A stretch of DNA of 64,000 nucleotides from a virus: positions 1 through 64,000 of the IMG/VR virus record IMGVR_UViG_3300018876_000008. One strand, 5' to 3'. Below the pieces are notes generated by a model that worked only from the letters and a program-made list of their open reading frames with translations, had not been told where the DNA came from and did not search any database. Of this stretch, positions 47,905 to 59,900 are shown piece after piece. The first letter of the stretch is position 1. Each line of letters begins with the position of its first letter. A program made the position numbers and the translations under genes.

Positions 47905-50900
47905 ATGGCTAAAGACGTAAGAATAGTACCACAACCCACAGGAACTACACTTCCTTATATTTTATTTGAAAATGCAAATGGTGATGTTATGTCACTTAAT
48001 GTTAGTGATGATGGTCGCATAGTATTTTCAGGTGCCACTCATGGTAATAATTTAGTAACCATAGATAGTGACCGTGTTAATATTAAAGGCTCAATACATA
48101 TGGGTAATGACATGGGATTCAACGGGGTTATGACTATTACCGATACTGGAGGGTGGAAAGGTAGTACAGTCGGATTAAAAGGTAATAAAGGTACTGTAGG
48201 ACCAACAGGTCCAAAAGGACATCAAGGACCAACAGGCCCCGCAGGTGCAAGAGGGACAACCGTTAAAGGTGAAAGTGGTGATAAAGGAAGAAAAGGTCTT
48301 AAAGGTCTTAAAGGGCTTAAAGGTAATATTGGTACCAGTAGAATATTTTATAATGATGGAGATAAAGGGTTAAAAGGAAAACAAGGACCACAATCAACTG
48401 ATAAAGGAGATAAAGGACTTAAAGGTCTTAGAGGTGTTAAAGGCGAAATAGGTCAATTAGGTCCAATAGGTATACAAGGACCACAAGGCCCTGTGGGTTT
48501 AAAAGGAATTAACTCAGATAAAGGTATAGTTGGTGATAAAGGGGATAAAGGATTAAAAGGTCTAAAAGGTTTAAAAGGGTTAAAGGGTCCTGTCGGATTA
48601 AAAGGTAAAAAAGGTATTTTGGGACCACAAGGTCCTATTTCTCAAGCCGGTAATGTTGCGGATAAAGGAACAAAAGGTCCAAAAGGGCCACAAGGTCAAA
48701 AGGGACCAAAAGGAATTCAAGGACCACAAGGTACAAAAGGGTTAACCGCAAACACAGGAGGTCAAGGACCAATAGGGCCTAAAGGGCCAACAGGGAGTAA
48801 AGGTATTAAAGGACTTCGTGGTAACAAAGGGGTTAAGGGACTTAAAGGACTTAAGGGGCTTAAAGGTCGTAAAGGTCTTATTGCGGTAACTGGTGATAAT
48901 GGTCAACAAGGCCCAATCGGTCAACAAGGTCCCATTGGTTTTAAAGGTGATAAAGGACTTAAAGGTTTAGAAGGACCAAAAGGACCAAAAGGTATCAAAG
49001 GTCCTCAAGCCGAAACAACCGTTCAAGGACCACAAGGTTCACAAGGACTACAAGGAAATACTTCTACCGATAAAGGTATCAAAGGTCAGAAGGGATTAAA
49101 AGGTAATAAAGGTATAAAAGGATTAAAACCTAATAGTGGTGAAAGAGGGAATATAGGAGAAACAGGACCTAATGGGCCTCAAGGTATTCAAGGTCCGAAA
49201 GGAGATGATAAAGGTCAAAAAGGTTTTAAAGGTATAAAAGGTAAAAAAGGAGTTAAAGGAGCCATAGGTCCACAAGGTGAAATTGGTAATCAAGGTAATA
49301 TTGCTACCACTGGTGATAAAGGTCTTAAAGGATTATTCGGTCCAACAGCATTTAAAGGATTAAAAGGGTTAAAAGGTAATAAAGGATTAAAAGGTCCAAA
49401 AAATATTCAAGGACCACAAGGACCTGTCGGGTTGGATGCGGATAGAGGTTCGATAGGTAATCAAGGACTTCAATCGACCGATAAAGGATTAAAAGGTCCA
49501 AAAGGTCCAAAAGGAATTAAAGGATTAAAAGGTTTAAAACCTGGAAGAGGACCCCAACCTAGTGTAGGGTCGAGGGGAGTTCAAGGACCACAAGGACCAC
49601 AAGGACCGCAAGGGCCTACATCAGCAGATAAAGGATTTAAGGGACTTAAGGGACTTAAAGGTATTACAGGTGTAAGAGGAGAACAAGGTATAGGTGGACA
49701 AAGAGGAACTCAAGGGACACAAGGACCAACAGGAAATAGAGGTAATACAGGTACTAGCTCAGATAAAGGAAATAGAGGTCCCCAAAGTACTGAAAAAGGA
49801 TTAAAAGGACCTGACGGAGGTAGAGGACCTCAATCGACCGATAAAGGACAAAAGGGACCTCAAGGAAGTAGAGGGGCAAAGGCCTCAACAGGTGACCAAG
49901 GACCAACCAGTACTGATAGAGGGAATCAGGGTGAAACCGGTCCTAATGGGCCAAATTCAACTGATAAGGGACAAAAAGGACCTAGAGGAGGAATAGGTAC
50001 TCAAGGACCTAAAGGTTATAAAGGACCACAAGGACCTGCTAACAATGACAGAGGCCCGGTAGGTGATAAAGGTTTTAAAGGACCAAAAGGAAATAGAGGT
50101 GCTATCGGTGGACAAGGTTCAGTGGGTAACACTTCTACCGTTAAGGGTTCTATAGGTCCCTCTAATACTACAAAAGGTCTTAAAGGAATTAAAGGTAGAA
50201 AGGGTAGTGAAGGTCCAAGAGGACCAGAAGGCCCTCAAGGACCAAGAGGTACAGCATCTACAGTTAAAGGATATAAAGGACCTAGTAATAGTGTTAAAGG
50301 TATTAAAGGGTTAAAAGGTTTAAAAGGTTTAAAGGGCCCAAGAGGACCACAAGGTCCAAGAGGACCACAAGGTAGTACATCTACAGTTAAAGGTTCTATA
50401 GGAAATCCTAATAACTTGCAGGGTTTAAAAGGTTCAAAAGGTTTAAAAGGTCTAAAAGGTAGTACAGGACCAAGAGGTCCACAAGGGGCGAGAGGTAATG
50501 TGTCGACAGTTAAAGGATATAAAGGTTTAGCCAATAATACAAAAGGAAATACAGGAGAAACGGGACCTCAAGGTTTAAAAGGTCGACAAGGTAGTCAAGG
50601 ACCACAAGGTCCAAGAGGAACGGCTTCTACTGTTAAAGGACCAAAAGGATTGACAAATACAACTAAAGGTCCAAAAGGTCTTAAAGGGTTAAAAGGACTT
50701 AAAGGAACCAAAGGTCGAAAAGGAGACAAAGGGTTAATAGGTAATCAGTCCACAGTCAAAGGATATAAAGGACCTAATAATACTACAAAAGGACCTAAAG
50801 GACCTAAAGGGTTAAAAGGGTTAAAAGGAAATTTTGGACCTGCAGGATTTAAAGGATTTAAAGGTCCACAATCAACAGTCAAAGGTGCTATAGGTGAACA

Positions 50901-51765
50901 AGGAGTTAAAGGACTAAAAGGAATAAAAGGATATAAAGGACCTGACGGAGGTAGAGGACCTCAAGGAAATAAAGGTGTAAAAGGTCCTGTTGGAAGACCT
51001 GGACCTACCGGACCAACAAATACAACTAAAGGTTTAAAAGGACCAACAGGCCCAAATGGACCTCAAGGACCGAGAGGAGGAATAGGACCACAAGGTATTA
51101 AAGGTCAGAGAGCCCAACAAGGACCATTAGGAGATGTTGGTGATGAGTATGGTCCAAAAGGTCGTAAAGGTGCTATAGGACCTACCAATACAGATAAAGG
51201 TCCAAAAGGACCTATCGGTCGTGATAATCTAACTAAAGGTGCGAAAGGACCTAAAGGTGATATAGGTCCTGTCCTCGTAAAAAATGGACCTGGTGACCAA
51301 GGACCAACAGGTCCAAGAGGAAATAAAGGACCCAAAGGTCCGATAGGTAGAACGGGACCAACAGGACCTATAGGGGGTACAGGACCACAAGGTCCACAAG
51401 GTCCAAGAGGGGCTCAAGGGGTACAAGGACCTCAAGGACCTGCTTCAGATAAGAGAGTTAAAAATAATATTAAGTCTTTAAAGGGTAATTTATCTAAATT
51501 AAAAAATATTAGAGGTGTTAAATTTACATGGAAGGGTGGAATAAATCACAGATTTAATATAAAAGGAAATGATATCGGTTTTATCGCTCAAGAAATTGAT
51601 AAAGTTATACCTGACGTGGTATTTACTGGTGAAGACGGATTCTTAAAATTAGAATACGGTAAGTTAGTTGCTATTGGGATTGGTTCAATACAAGAGCAAC
51701 ATACACGTATAACTCAACTTAAGGAGAGAATTAACATATTGAAATCAAAAGTTTTAAATGGGTAG
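47905..51765 (+). CDS. Giant Lys-rich collagen-like fibre protein 1 with C-terminal peptidase S74 intramolecular chaperone
   Basis: Gly-X-Y from aa 90 to 1180; SDKRVKNNI, GFIAQE, LEYGKL and a terminal coiled coil. Confidence 0.88.
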   Translation: MAKDVRIVPQPTGTTLPYILFENANGDVMSLNVSDDGRIVFSGATHGNNLVTIDSDRVNIKGSIHMGNDMGFNGVMTITDTGGWKGSTVGLKGNKGTVGPTGPKGHQGPTGPAGARGTTVKGESGDKGRKGLKGLKGLKGNIGTSRIFYNDGDKGLKGKQGPQSTDKGDKGLKGLRGVKGEIGQLGPIGIQGPQGPVGLKGINSDKGIVGDKGDKGLKGLKGLKGLKGPVGLKGKKGILGPQGPISQAGNVADKGTKGPKGPQGQKGPKGIQGPQGTKGLTANTGGQGPIGPKGPTGSKGIKGLRGNKGVKGLKGLKGLKGRKGLIAVTGDNGQQGPIGQQGPIGFKGDKGLKGLEGPKGPKGIKGPQAETTVQGPQGSQGLQGNTSTDKGIKGQKGLKGNKGIKGLKPNSGERGNIGETGPNGPQGIQGPKGDDKGQKGFKGIKGKKGVKGAIGPQGEIGNQGNIATTGDKGLKGLFGPTAFKGLKGLKGNKGLKGPKNIQGPQGPVGLDADRGSIGNQGLQSTDKGLKGPKGPKGIKGLKGLKPGRGPQPSVGSRGVQGPQGPQGPQGPTSADKGFKGLKGLKGITGVRGEQGIGGQRGTQGTQGPTGNRGNTGTSSDKGNRGPQSTEKGLKGPDGGRGPQSTDKGQKGPQGSRGAKASTGDQGPTSTDRGNQGETGPNGPNSTDKGQKGPRGGIGTQGPKGYKGPQGPANNDRGPVGDKGFKGPKGNRGAIGGQGSVGNTSTVKGSIGPSNTTKGLKGIKGRKGSEGPRGPEGPQGPRGTASTVKGYKGPSNSVKGIKGLKGLKGLKGPRGPQGPRGPQGSTSTVKGSIGNPNNLQGLKGSKGLKGLKGSTGPRGPQGARGNVSTVKGYKGLANNTKGNTGETGPQGLKGRQGSQGPQGPRGTASTVKGPKGLTNTTKGPKGLKGLKGLKGTKGRKGDKGLIGNQSTVKGYKGPNNTTKGPKGPKGLKGLKGNFGPAGFKGFKGPQSTVKGAIGEQGVKGLKGIKGYKGPDGGRGPQGNKGVKGPVGRPGPTGPTNTTKGLKGPTGPNGPQGPRGGIGPQGIKGQRAQQGPLGDVGDEYGPKGRKGAIGPTNTDKGPKGPIGRDNLTKGAKGPKGDIGPVLVKNGPGDQGPTGPRGNKGPKGPIGRTGPTGPIGGTGPQGPQGPRGAQGVQGPQGPASDKRVKNNIKSLKGNLSKLKNIRGVKFTWKGGINHRFNIKGNDIGFIAQEIDKVIPDVVFTGEDGFLKLEYGKLVAIGIGSIQEQHTRITQLKERINILKSKVLNG

Positions 51766-54700
51766 AGATATTAACATAAATCCAACAGGTGGTACAATTC
51801 ATTTTTCAGGTCAATCAAATACTAAGATTGATGTGAAATATACTAGCGGTGAATTAAATTTTAATACTCACTTAGGTAACGACTTTAAAATAACGAATCA
51901 TTTAGAACTTGATAGTTTAAAATTTATGGCTGAAACCTCAGTTGTAAAAAATAATAGTGATGAATTAATTGACGACCGTGGTAACTGGAAAGGGCATGCA
52001 ATGAATATGGGAGGGCCAACAGGACCAACAGGGCCACAAGGACCTGTAGGGGCAAAAGGTGATGAACCATCTGCAGGTCAAAGAGGTGCAAAAGGTGAAA
52101 AAGGTATTAAAGGACAGACTTCATTAGAACAAGGACCTACGGGTGACGTTGGACCAAAAGGTCTTAAAGGTATTAAAGGTGAGAAAGCCTCCCAAGGACC
52201 ACAAGGACCTGCAGGGGTAAAAGGTTTAATTGGACCACAAGGTTCTGAAGGACCAGCTGGACCTGCCGCGATTAAAGGGGATATTGGGACACAAGGACCT
52301 AAAGGGTTAAAAGGTTTACAAGGTATTAAAGGTTCAATAGGTAATTCAATTAAAGGTCCTATAGGTGCAGATGCAGATAAAGGTAATACAGGACCTACCG
52401 GTAATAATAAAGGAGATATTGGACCTAAAGGTATTGTTGGGGATAAAGGTCCACAAGGACCAATTGGTCTTACAGCAAATTTAGATGTTTATGTTTTCTA
52501 TGATGCAACATCAATGCCAAGTGATAAGGCTAAAGAGGCTTCTCAAAGTGTTAGAGATTGGTTCCAAACGGTAAACGGTAATGGTGACATTAACAAATTA
52601 TACGAGGGTGTAATCGGTAAAAACAATGTTAATGGTGAAAACTGGTTATGGTGGGCATCTTATCCATATCTTGGTTCACTTAGTGGTGGTACGTTGAGTA
52701 ACGGAACACAGTTGAGTGAATTTAATAGTGCGGTACCTAACGCCACTTATGATTCCGATTATTGTAAATCTAATTCGGGTGGTAATTGTGTACCAAGAAA
52801 TTCACAATTTAATGATGGTCTAACCACATATAGAAGAATTAACAGAGGTCTTAATTTAGATACTGGTGCTGTAGAAAATATTTCTCAAGGGGTTCCTTTT
52901 GACCATAGTAATTTAAATAATACAGAAACATCGGGACAGGGTTCATTCGGTGGTGATAATACTAATTATTTAGTTATCATAGTCGCCGATGAGTCAGATG
53001 GTATTGTTGGTTTATATCATGGACAGTTAGGTGGGACACCAACCAACGCTACTAAGAGTGATTTATATAATAAACCATTTGAACTGAATGGTGATTATTG
53101 GAATAATAGTGCCGGTACTGAATATACTAATAGATATTTACACGACTACTGTGCATATATACAAGTTTATGAAGACATTATATCTAATAGACAAGGAAAT
53201 GCAAGAGGTTTAATATATCCTGTAGTAAATCCACTTAGAGGTACCGCCACATATGCATTTGTTCAACATGCGGTTGGTGCTGTTGAAGGTGAAACCATTA
53301 CTACTCAAGAATTTTTAAATAGTTACGGAGACCAAATGGATTCAGTTGGTCCTGAAAATTTAAATTTAACTGCATTAACACATACTAATGTATATTCAGC
53401 TTTAGCTTCTGAAAATTGTTATACGAGTTTAAATGTAGATTTTAAAAATGGGGCGGGGTTAAAACACTTTGGTTTTGGAGTTGACCCAACCGTAGATAAT
53501 TTTACTGAAGAGGTGGTAACAAATGCGTTAACATCATTTTTACGTCAACAAGGTGATACAGGTGACCAAGGTAATAAAGGTATTACAGGTGATGATAAAG
53601 GAACAAAAGGTCTTAAAGGTATAAAGGGACTAAAAGGTATTAAAGGACAAAGAGGTCCTAATACGGATTCAGGTTTAAAAGGTGCGATAGGTGACCAAGG
53701 ACCTGTTGGTATTGACGGTCCAATAGGTAACTTAAAAGGACCCAAAGGTGAAGTAGGTGTTGTTGGGCCAAAAGGTTTAAAAGGTCCTGATGGTAGTATA
53801 GGTGATTCACCAAAAGGTGCTGTTGGGTTAACAGGTGACCAAGGACCTACAGGTGGTAGAGGTGAAACATCGACAGATAAGGGTCAAAAAGGTATTAAAG
53901 GACAAAGAGGTGTTAAGGGATTAAAAGGATTAAAAGGTATCAAAGGGTTAATAGCAGTTCAAGGGGATGTAGGACCAACAGGACCTCAATCAGATAAAGG
54001 AATTGTTGGTGATAAAGGTAATAAAGGGCTTAAAGGTTTAAAAGGATATAAAGGTATCAAAGGAATTAAAGGTCCTATTGGTATAATTGCCGACCAAGGA
54101 GATACAGGACCCGTTTCTCAAAACGGTGAAGGTGCAGACAAAGGATTCAAAGGACTTAAAGGTATAAAAGGATTAAAAGGTAAGAAGGGTATTGAAGGAC
54201 CTAAAGGACCTACAGGTACATCTTCGGAAGAAGGTACTGTTGGACCTACAGGTGAAAAAGGAGAAAGAGGACCACAAGGAGATAAAGGTAATAAAGGTTT
54301 AAAAGGTCTTAAAGGTAAAAAAGGTATAAAAGGTACTAAAGGACTTAAAGGTTTAATTGCCAGTCAAGGAGATAAAGGACCACAAGGGCCAATTGGTGTT
54401 AAAGGTGAGCAAGGAAATAAAGGGGACAAAGGACTTAAAGGTATTAAAGGTCAAAAAGGTTATAAAGGATTAACCGGTCCTCAAGGTAACAAAGGTTTAA
54501 TGGCTTCTCAAGGAGATACAGGACCACAAGGACCGGCAAGTATTAAAGGTCAAAAAGGACTTAAAGGTATTAAAGGTCAAAAAGGATATAAAGGGTTAAG
54601 AGGTAATAAAGGTCCAAAAGGTTATAAGGGATTAAAAGGTATTACAGGTGATAAAGGATTTATTAGTACAGTTACCGGAGATAAAGGTATTAAAGGTCAA

Positions 54701-56941
54701 AAAGGGTTTAGAGCAACCGATGGAGATAAAGGTATAAAAGGGCAAAAAGGTTATAAAGGTAATCAAGGTCCAAGAGGAACTGCATCTACAGTAAAAGGTT
54801 TAAAAGGTCGTAAAGGTTTTAAAGGTAATAGGGCTACTGATGGTGTAAAAGGATTTAAAGGATTTAAAGGATTAAAAGGGTTACGAGGACCTTTGGGACC
54901 ACAAGGTAGTCAGGAGGGCCCAAAAGGATTAATAGGTGCAGAAGGCCCTATAGGTCCTACTGCCGATAAAGGTTTAAAAGGATTAAAAGGTATTAAAGGA
55001 CCCAAAGGACCTAAAGGACCTAAAGGATTAAGGGCAGGTGCAGTTGGACCAACAGGACCTAAAGGACCAATCGGACCTACTGCAGAAAAAGGATTTAAAG
55101 GTCTAAAAGGTCCAAAAGGTTATAAGGGACCTAAAGGACCTACAGGTTCCACAACAGGTGCTGAAGGAGATACAGGACCACAAGGTCCAACAGGTCCTAC
55201 CGCTTACAAAGGGTTTAAAGGGATAAAAGGATATAAAGGTCCGAAGGGTCCAAAAGGACCTCTTGGTTTGACAACAGGACCTAAAGGGTTAAAAGGACCT
55301 ATAGGTCAAACAGGACCAACTGCGAATAAAGGCCAAAAAGGATATAAAGGACCAAAAGGATATAAAGGACCTAAGGGTCCACTTGGACCGACTACAGGGG
55401 ATAAAGGACAAAAAGGTAAGAAAGGTTCGATAGGTGATAGTGCAAATAAAGGATTAAAAGGTCCAAAAGGGCCTAAAGGTTATAAGGGGCCTAAAGGAGA
55501 AAAAGGTCCTCATTCAAACAATAAAGGACCCGTAGGACCTCAAGGACCACTCGGACCTACCGCTGATAAAGGTGAACAAGGACCTAAAGGACCAATTGGA
55601 AATAAAGGACCTAAAGGACCAAAAGGAAGTGCAACCGGTGATAAAGGGCAACAAGGAGAGACAGGACCACAAGGACCTCTTGGAAAATCAGGACCAACTG
55701 GAGGTGTTGGAGATAAAGGTCCGAAAGGTGCCAAAGGTCCTCAAGGGTTAAATGGGATACAGTCAGGACCTACAGGACCACAAGGACCTGTTAATAACAC
55801 AAAAGGACAAAAAGGATATAAGGGACCTGAAGGTCCAATAGGTATACAAGGTCCCGAAGGAGAAATCGGTAATACGGAGGGAGCTCAAGGACCTAAAGGT
55901 AGTGTAAGTACGGTTAAAGGTCCTAAAGGACCTAAAGGTTATAAAGGACTGAAAGGATTATACGGTCCCAAAGGTTTAAAGGGTAGACAAGGACCGACTG
56001 ATATTAAAAAATTTATTGGTCAACAAGGTGATAAAGGACCAAGAGGAACAGATTCTACAGTTAAAGGACCGACAGGTCCACAAGGGGCTAAAGGGCCAAA
56101 AGGACCCATAGGACCTAAAGGAGCTAGAAAAACTCAAGGACCGACAGGTCCACAAGGGGCTAAAGGGCCAAAAGGTTACAAAGGACCTACAGGGCCACAA
56201 GGTCCAAGAGGTCAAAAAGGACGTGTAGGTGCAAGTGGACTTAGTGGTCCACAAGGGGAAAAAGGATTTAAAGGTAGGAAAGGACCTGCGGGACCTTCAG
56301 GTGTATCGTGTTATTCACACGATGTTGCACTTATAAGTGATAAAGCATTACCATGTAGCTTTTGTGATAGAGATGCGCCACCGTGTGGTGAGGAACCCAA
56401 CGTTACAGTATATTCTCCTAATTCAGGGGCATTAAGTGCGGGTAATTTTGTTTATACTGACTCAAATTGTACCGAATGTAGAACACCGAGACCTGGTTGT
56501 TTTGATGATAAGTCAGGCCAATTTACATTATGGGACGCTGACCATAATAATAGTTCTATACATACTTGGGATTTACAATTTTGTGGATTATTAAAGTGTG
56601 CGGATTGTTCCTTCTCAGATGAAAGACTTAAAACTGGTATTAGAACAATATCTAATTCATTAGAATCCTTATTAAACATTCAAGTTACTGAGTACGATTG
56701 GAATGAGAAATATTCGGGTTACGATTTCTTAAAAGAAAGACAAAAACTTCACTCTATTGGTATGATTGCACAAGATATCCAAAAAATATTTCCTGAAGTA
56801 GTTTACAAAAGAAGTGATGGTTACTACGCTATTAAATATTTCAAATTAAATGCACTAATAATAGAATCGATTAAGTCTCACCAAGTATTTATAGATGATA
56901 TTGATGAACAAATAAAATGGTTAAAAACACAAATTAATTAA
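51758..56941 (+). CDS. Giant Lys-rich collagen-like fibre protein 2 with inserted vWA-like domain, Cys-rich domain and S74 chaperone
   Basis: Gly-X-Y at aa 86-239 and 599-1517; insert with VFYDATSM and VIIVADESD; [15 protein letters not shown]. Confidence 0.88.
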   Translation: MGRDININPTGGTIHFSGQSNTKIDVKYTSGELNFNTHLGNDFKITNHLELDSLKFMAETSVVKNNSDELIDDRGNWKGHAMNMGGPTGPTGPQGPVGAKGDEPSAGQRGAKGEKGIKGQTSLEQGPTGDVGPKGLKGIKGEKASQGPQGPAGVKGLIGPQGSEGPAGPAAIKGDIGTQGPKGLKGLQGIKGSIGNSIKGPIGADADKGNTGPTGNNKGDIGPKGIVGDKGPQGPIGLTANLDVYVFYDATSMPSDKAKEASQSVRDWFQTVNGNGDINKLYEGVIGKNNVNGENWLWWASYPYLGSLSGGTLSNGTQLSEFNSAVPNATYDSDYCKSNSGGNCVPRNSQFNDGLTTYRRINRGLNLDTGAVENISQGVPFDHSNLNNTETSGQGSFGGDNTNYLVIIVADESDGIVGLYHGQLGGTPTNATKSDLYNKPFELNGDYWNNSAGTEYTNRYLHDYCAYIQVYEDIISNRQGNARGLIYPVVNPLRGTATYAFVQHAVGAVEGETITTQEFLNSYGDQMDSVGPENLNLTALTHTNVYSALASENCYTSLNVDFKNGAGLKHFGFGVDPTVDNFTEEVVTNALTSFLRQQGDTGDQGNKGITGDDKGTKGLKGIKGLKGIKGQRGPNTDSGLKGAIGDQGPVGIDGPIGNLKGPKGEVGVVGPKGLKGPDGSIGDSPKGAVGLTGDQGPTGGRGETSTDKGQKGIKGQRGVKGLKGLKGIKGLIAVQGDVGPTGPQSDKGIVGDKGNKGLKGLKGYKGIKGIKGPIGIIADQGDTGPVSQNGEGADKGFKGLKGIKGLKGKKGIEGPKGPTGTSSEEGTVGPTGEKGERGPQGDKGNKGLKGLKGKKGIKGTKGLKGLIASQGDKGPQGPIGVKGEQGNKGDKGLKGIKGQKGYKGLTGPQGNKGLMASQGDTGPQGPASIKGQKGLKGIKGQKGYKGLRGNKGPKGYKGLKGITGDKGFISTVTGDKGIKGQKGFRATDGDKGIKGQKGYKGNQGPRGTASTVKGLKGRKGFKGNRATDGVKGFKGFKGLKGLRGPLGPQGSQEGPKGLIGAEGPIGPTADKGLKGLKGIKGPKGPKGPKGLRAGAVGPTGPKGPIGPTAEKGFKGLKGPKGYKGPKGPTGSTTGAEGDTGPQGPTGPTAYKGFKGIKGYKGPKGPKGPLGLTTGPKGLKGPIGQTGPTANKGQKGYKGPKGYKGPKGPLGPTTGDKGQKGKKGSIGDSANKGLKGPKGPKGYKGPKGEKGPHSNNKGPVGPQGPLGPTADKGEQGPKGPIGNKGPKGPKGSATGDKGQQGETGPQGPLGKSGPTGGVGDKGPKGAKGPQGLNGIQSGPTGPQGPVNNTKGQKGYKGPEGPIGIQGPEGEIGNTEGAQGPKGSVSTVKGPKGPKGYKGLKGLYGPKGLKGRQGPTDIKKFIGQQGDKGPRGTDSTVKGPTGPQGAKGPKGPIGPKGARKTQGPTGPQGAKGPKGYKGPTGPQGPRGQKGRVGASGLSGPQGEKGFKGRKGPAGPSGVSCYSHDVALISDKALPCSFCDRDAPPCGEEPNVTVYSPNSGALSAGNFVYTDSNCTECRTPRPGCFDDKSGQFTLWDADHNNSSIHTWDLQFCGLLKCADCSFSDERLKTGIRTISNSLESLLNIQVTEYDWNEKYSGYDFLKERQKLHSIGMIAQDIQKIFPEVVYKRSDGYYAIKYFKLNALIIESIKSHQVFIDDIDEQIKWLKTQIN

Positions 56942-59900
56942 TGGCTAATATTATTATATACCCTACAGGGAGTACTACTAATAGTAATCCTCACATTATA
57001 TTTACAGGTTCAGGTAGTAATGATTATACTATTGAAATAGATACTAGTGGTGATTTAATATTTAAATCGTCTAGCAATATTTTTAAAATTAAAGATAGTG
57101 CTCAACCATTTCAATTTGACGGTGAAGTAGATGTGGTTAATAGTGAATTATATGTGGGTAATACTATGGTTGTTGATTCAAATGGTAATTGGGTTGGAGT
57201 ATTATCAGGATTAAAAGGAATACAAGGACCAATTGGTGCAAAAGGAAGAGTTGGTGACCAAGGACCTAAAGGTGCAAAAGGTCAAGAAGGTCCTGTTGGT
57301 GAGCAAGGAGATAAAGGTAATCTAGGTATTAAAGGAAGAATAGGTTCTACAGGAATTAAAGGTGCAAAAGGACCTATTTCAGTTAAAGGTGATAAAGGTA
57401 ATAGAGGGCCTCAAGGGGAAGACGGAGCGGTAGGACCTAAAGGTTTAAAAGGTGTAAGACCTTCAGACAGTAGTAAAGGTATAAAAGGACCAAAAGGTTT
57501 AAAAGGAGAAACATCTAACGATAAAGGTTTAAAAGGACCTATAGGTTTTAAAGGTATTAAAGGTAATAAAGGACCGAAACAAGTTACAGGACCCCAAGGG
57601 TCTCAAGGAGGTATTTCGCCAAAAGGACCTATTGGGTTACAAGGTCCGACAAGTACTGACAAGGGTCAAAAAGGACCTAAAGGTATTAAAGGAGTAAAAG
57701 GTCAGAAAGGTATTGACGGTAATAAAGGTCCTGAAGGTGATAAAGGTTTAAGATATACTGATGGGGACCAGGGGCCACAAGGACCTACAGGTCCTACTGC
57801 AGACAAAGGTATTAAAGGTAACAAAGGTGTTAAGGGGTTATTAGGTCCACAGGGAATACAAGGACCTGATGGTACTGTTGGTACTCAAGGACCACAAGGA
57901 CCCTTAGGACCACAGGGTGTACAATCTTCAGATAAGGGAGATAAAGGTATTAAAGGTATTAAAGGTAGGAAAGGAATTAAAGGTCCTAAACAAGTACGTG
58001 GTAATATTGGTATACAAGGTGATAAAGGTTTTATAGGGCCACAAGGACCTGAAGGACCAGCAGGACCTGCAGCCGTTAAAGGACCTATAGGTCCACAAGG
58101 GCCGATTGGGCCAAAAGGTTTGGAAGGGAACCGAGGGCCACAAGGTTCATCATTAAAAGGACCAACAGGTTCGGGAGGTGAGAAAGGTCCGCAAGGTGAT
58201 AATAGTACAGATAAAGGTCCTATAGGTATAAAAGGACCGATAGGTATAAAAGGTTTTAAAGGACCTAGAGGACCACAATCAGAAGTAAGTGTTGGTGATA
58301 AAGGTAATACTGGACCCATAGGACCACAAGGACCGGCTAGTTCCGATAAAGGACTAAAAGGGCCTCAAGGGTTTAAAGGGTTAAAAGGTAAGAGAGGACC
58401 ACAAGGACCACAAGGAAATAATGAAAAAGGATTTATAGGTGATGGTGCACAAGGGGGAGATATAGGTCCAACAAATACTGATAAAGGACACCAAGGACCA
58501 ACTGGACCTGTCGGACCAAAAGGTTTTGTAGGTACTAAAGGTAGTATAGGTACGTCTCCTCAAGGTGATGTAGGAGATGGTGGTGACCAAGGACCTACTG
58601 CAAGTCAAGGGCCAGCAAGTACCGATAAAGGACTAAAAGGTTTAAAAGGATTTAAAGGGCCAAAAGGGTTTACAGGCCCTCAAGGAGGTATAGGACCTAG
58701 AATTACAGGACCCACAGGACCTAATGGACCTACCGGACCAACAAATACAGATAAAGGTTTAAAGGGTTTTCAAGGACCAACAGGTCCTACTAATACGGAT
58801 AAAGGCACACAAGGGTCTAAGGGGCCAAGAGGACCTCAAGGTGGTCAAGGACCAACAGGACCTAACGGACCTAAAGGTATAACAGGAGGTCAAGGACCTC
58901 AAGGACCTACTAGTACTGATAAAGGTGTTAAAGGTCAAAAAGGATATAAAGGACCTGAAGGGCCAACAGGAGAAAAGGGACCATTAGGACCAAAAGGATT
59001 ACAAAATAATACACAAGGAGACCAAGGACCCGTATCAAGTGATAGGGGTGATAAAGGGCCTAAAGGTATTAAAGGTATCAAAGGTGTTAAAGGACCTAGA
59101 GGTGAACAAGGAGCCAAGAATATTACAGGAGCAAAAGGACCAACAGGACCCCAAGGACCTGCTGGAAATAATAAAGGACCAATTGGACAATTAGGACCCA
59201 TAGGGTTTACAGGTCCACAAGGTTTAAAAGGTAGTACAAGTGATATAGGTAATAAAGGTCCGATAGGACCACAAGGACCCGCGAGTACGGATAGAGGGGT
59301 ACAAGGTAATATAGGTGCATTTATTGGACAAGGCCCCCAAGGACCTCAAGGACCAAATAGTTCAACAGGTCTTGTTGGTGCTCAAGGACCAATAGGACCT
59401 GCGGGTAACAATAAAGGACCAATCGGCCCTCAAGGTAATAGAGCGGATAAAGGACCTATCGGTCCTGTAGGGGAGAAGAATAATACTGGTGGACAAGGAC
59501 CAACCGGCCCACAAGGACCGGCTAGTAGTGATAGAGGACCCCAAGGACCCCAAGGTAATAAGGCACAAACAGGTGACCAAGGACCAATAGGTCCGCAAAA
59601 TATAGTAGGTGCTCAGGGACCCATAGGACCACAAGGGCCGGCTAGTTCAGACAAAGGACCAAAAGGACCATTAGGACCTATAGGACCTATAGGACCACAA
59701 GGCTCTATAGGTTCCAAGAATGCGACTGGTGGTGTTGGTGATAGAGGACTTCAAGGAGACCAAGGACAAAATAGAGGACCTCAAGGAGACCAAGGACCAA
59801 TACAGTCAGGAGGTTCTCAAGGTATACAAGGACTAAAAGGGTTAAAAGGACTAAAAGGAGGTAGAGGTACTCAAGGTCCAAATAGTTCTGATAAAGGACC

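Noticed and set aside
56064-56175. Exact 40-bp direct repeat (56064-56103 and 56136-56175)
   Set aside because: An in-frame local duplication inside collagen 2, not a regulatory or att site.
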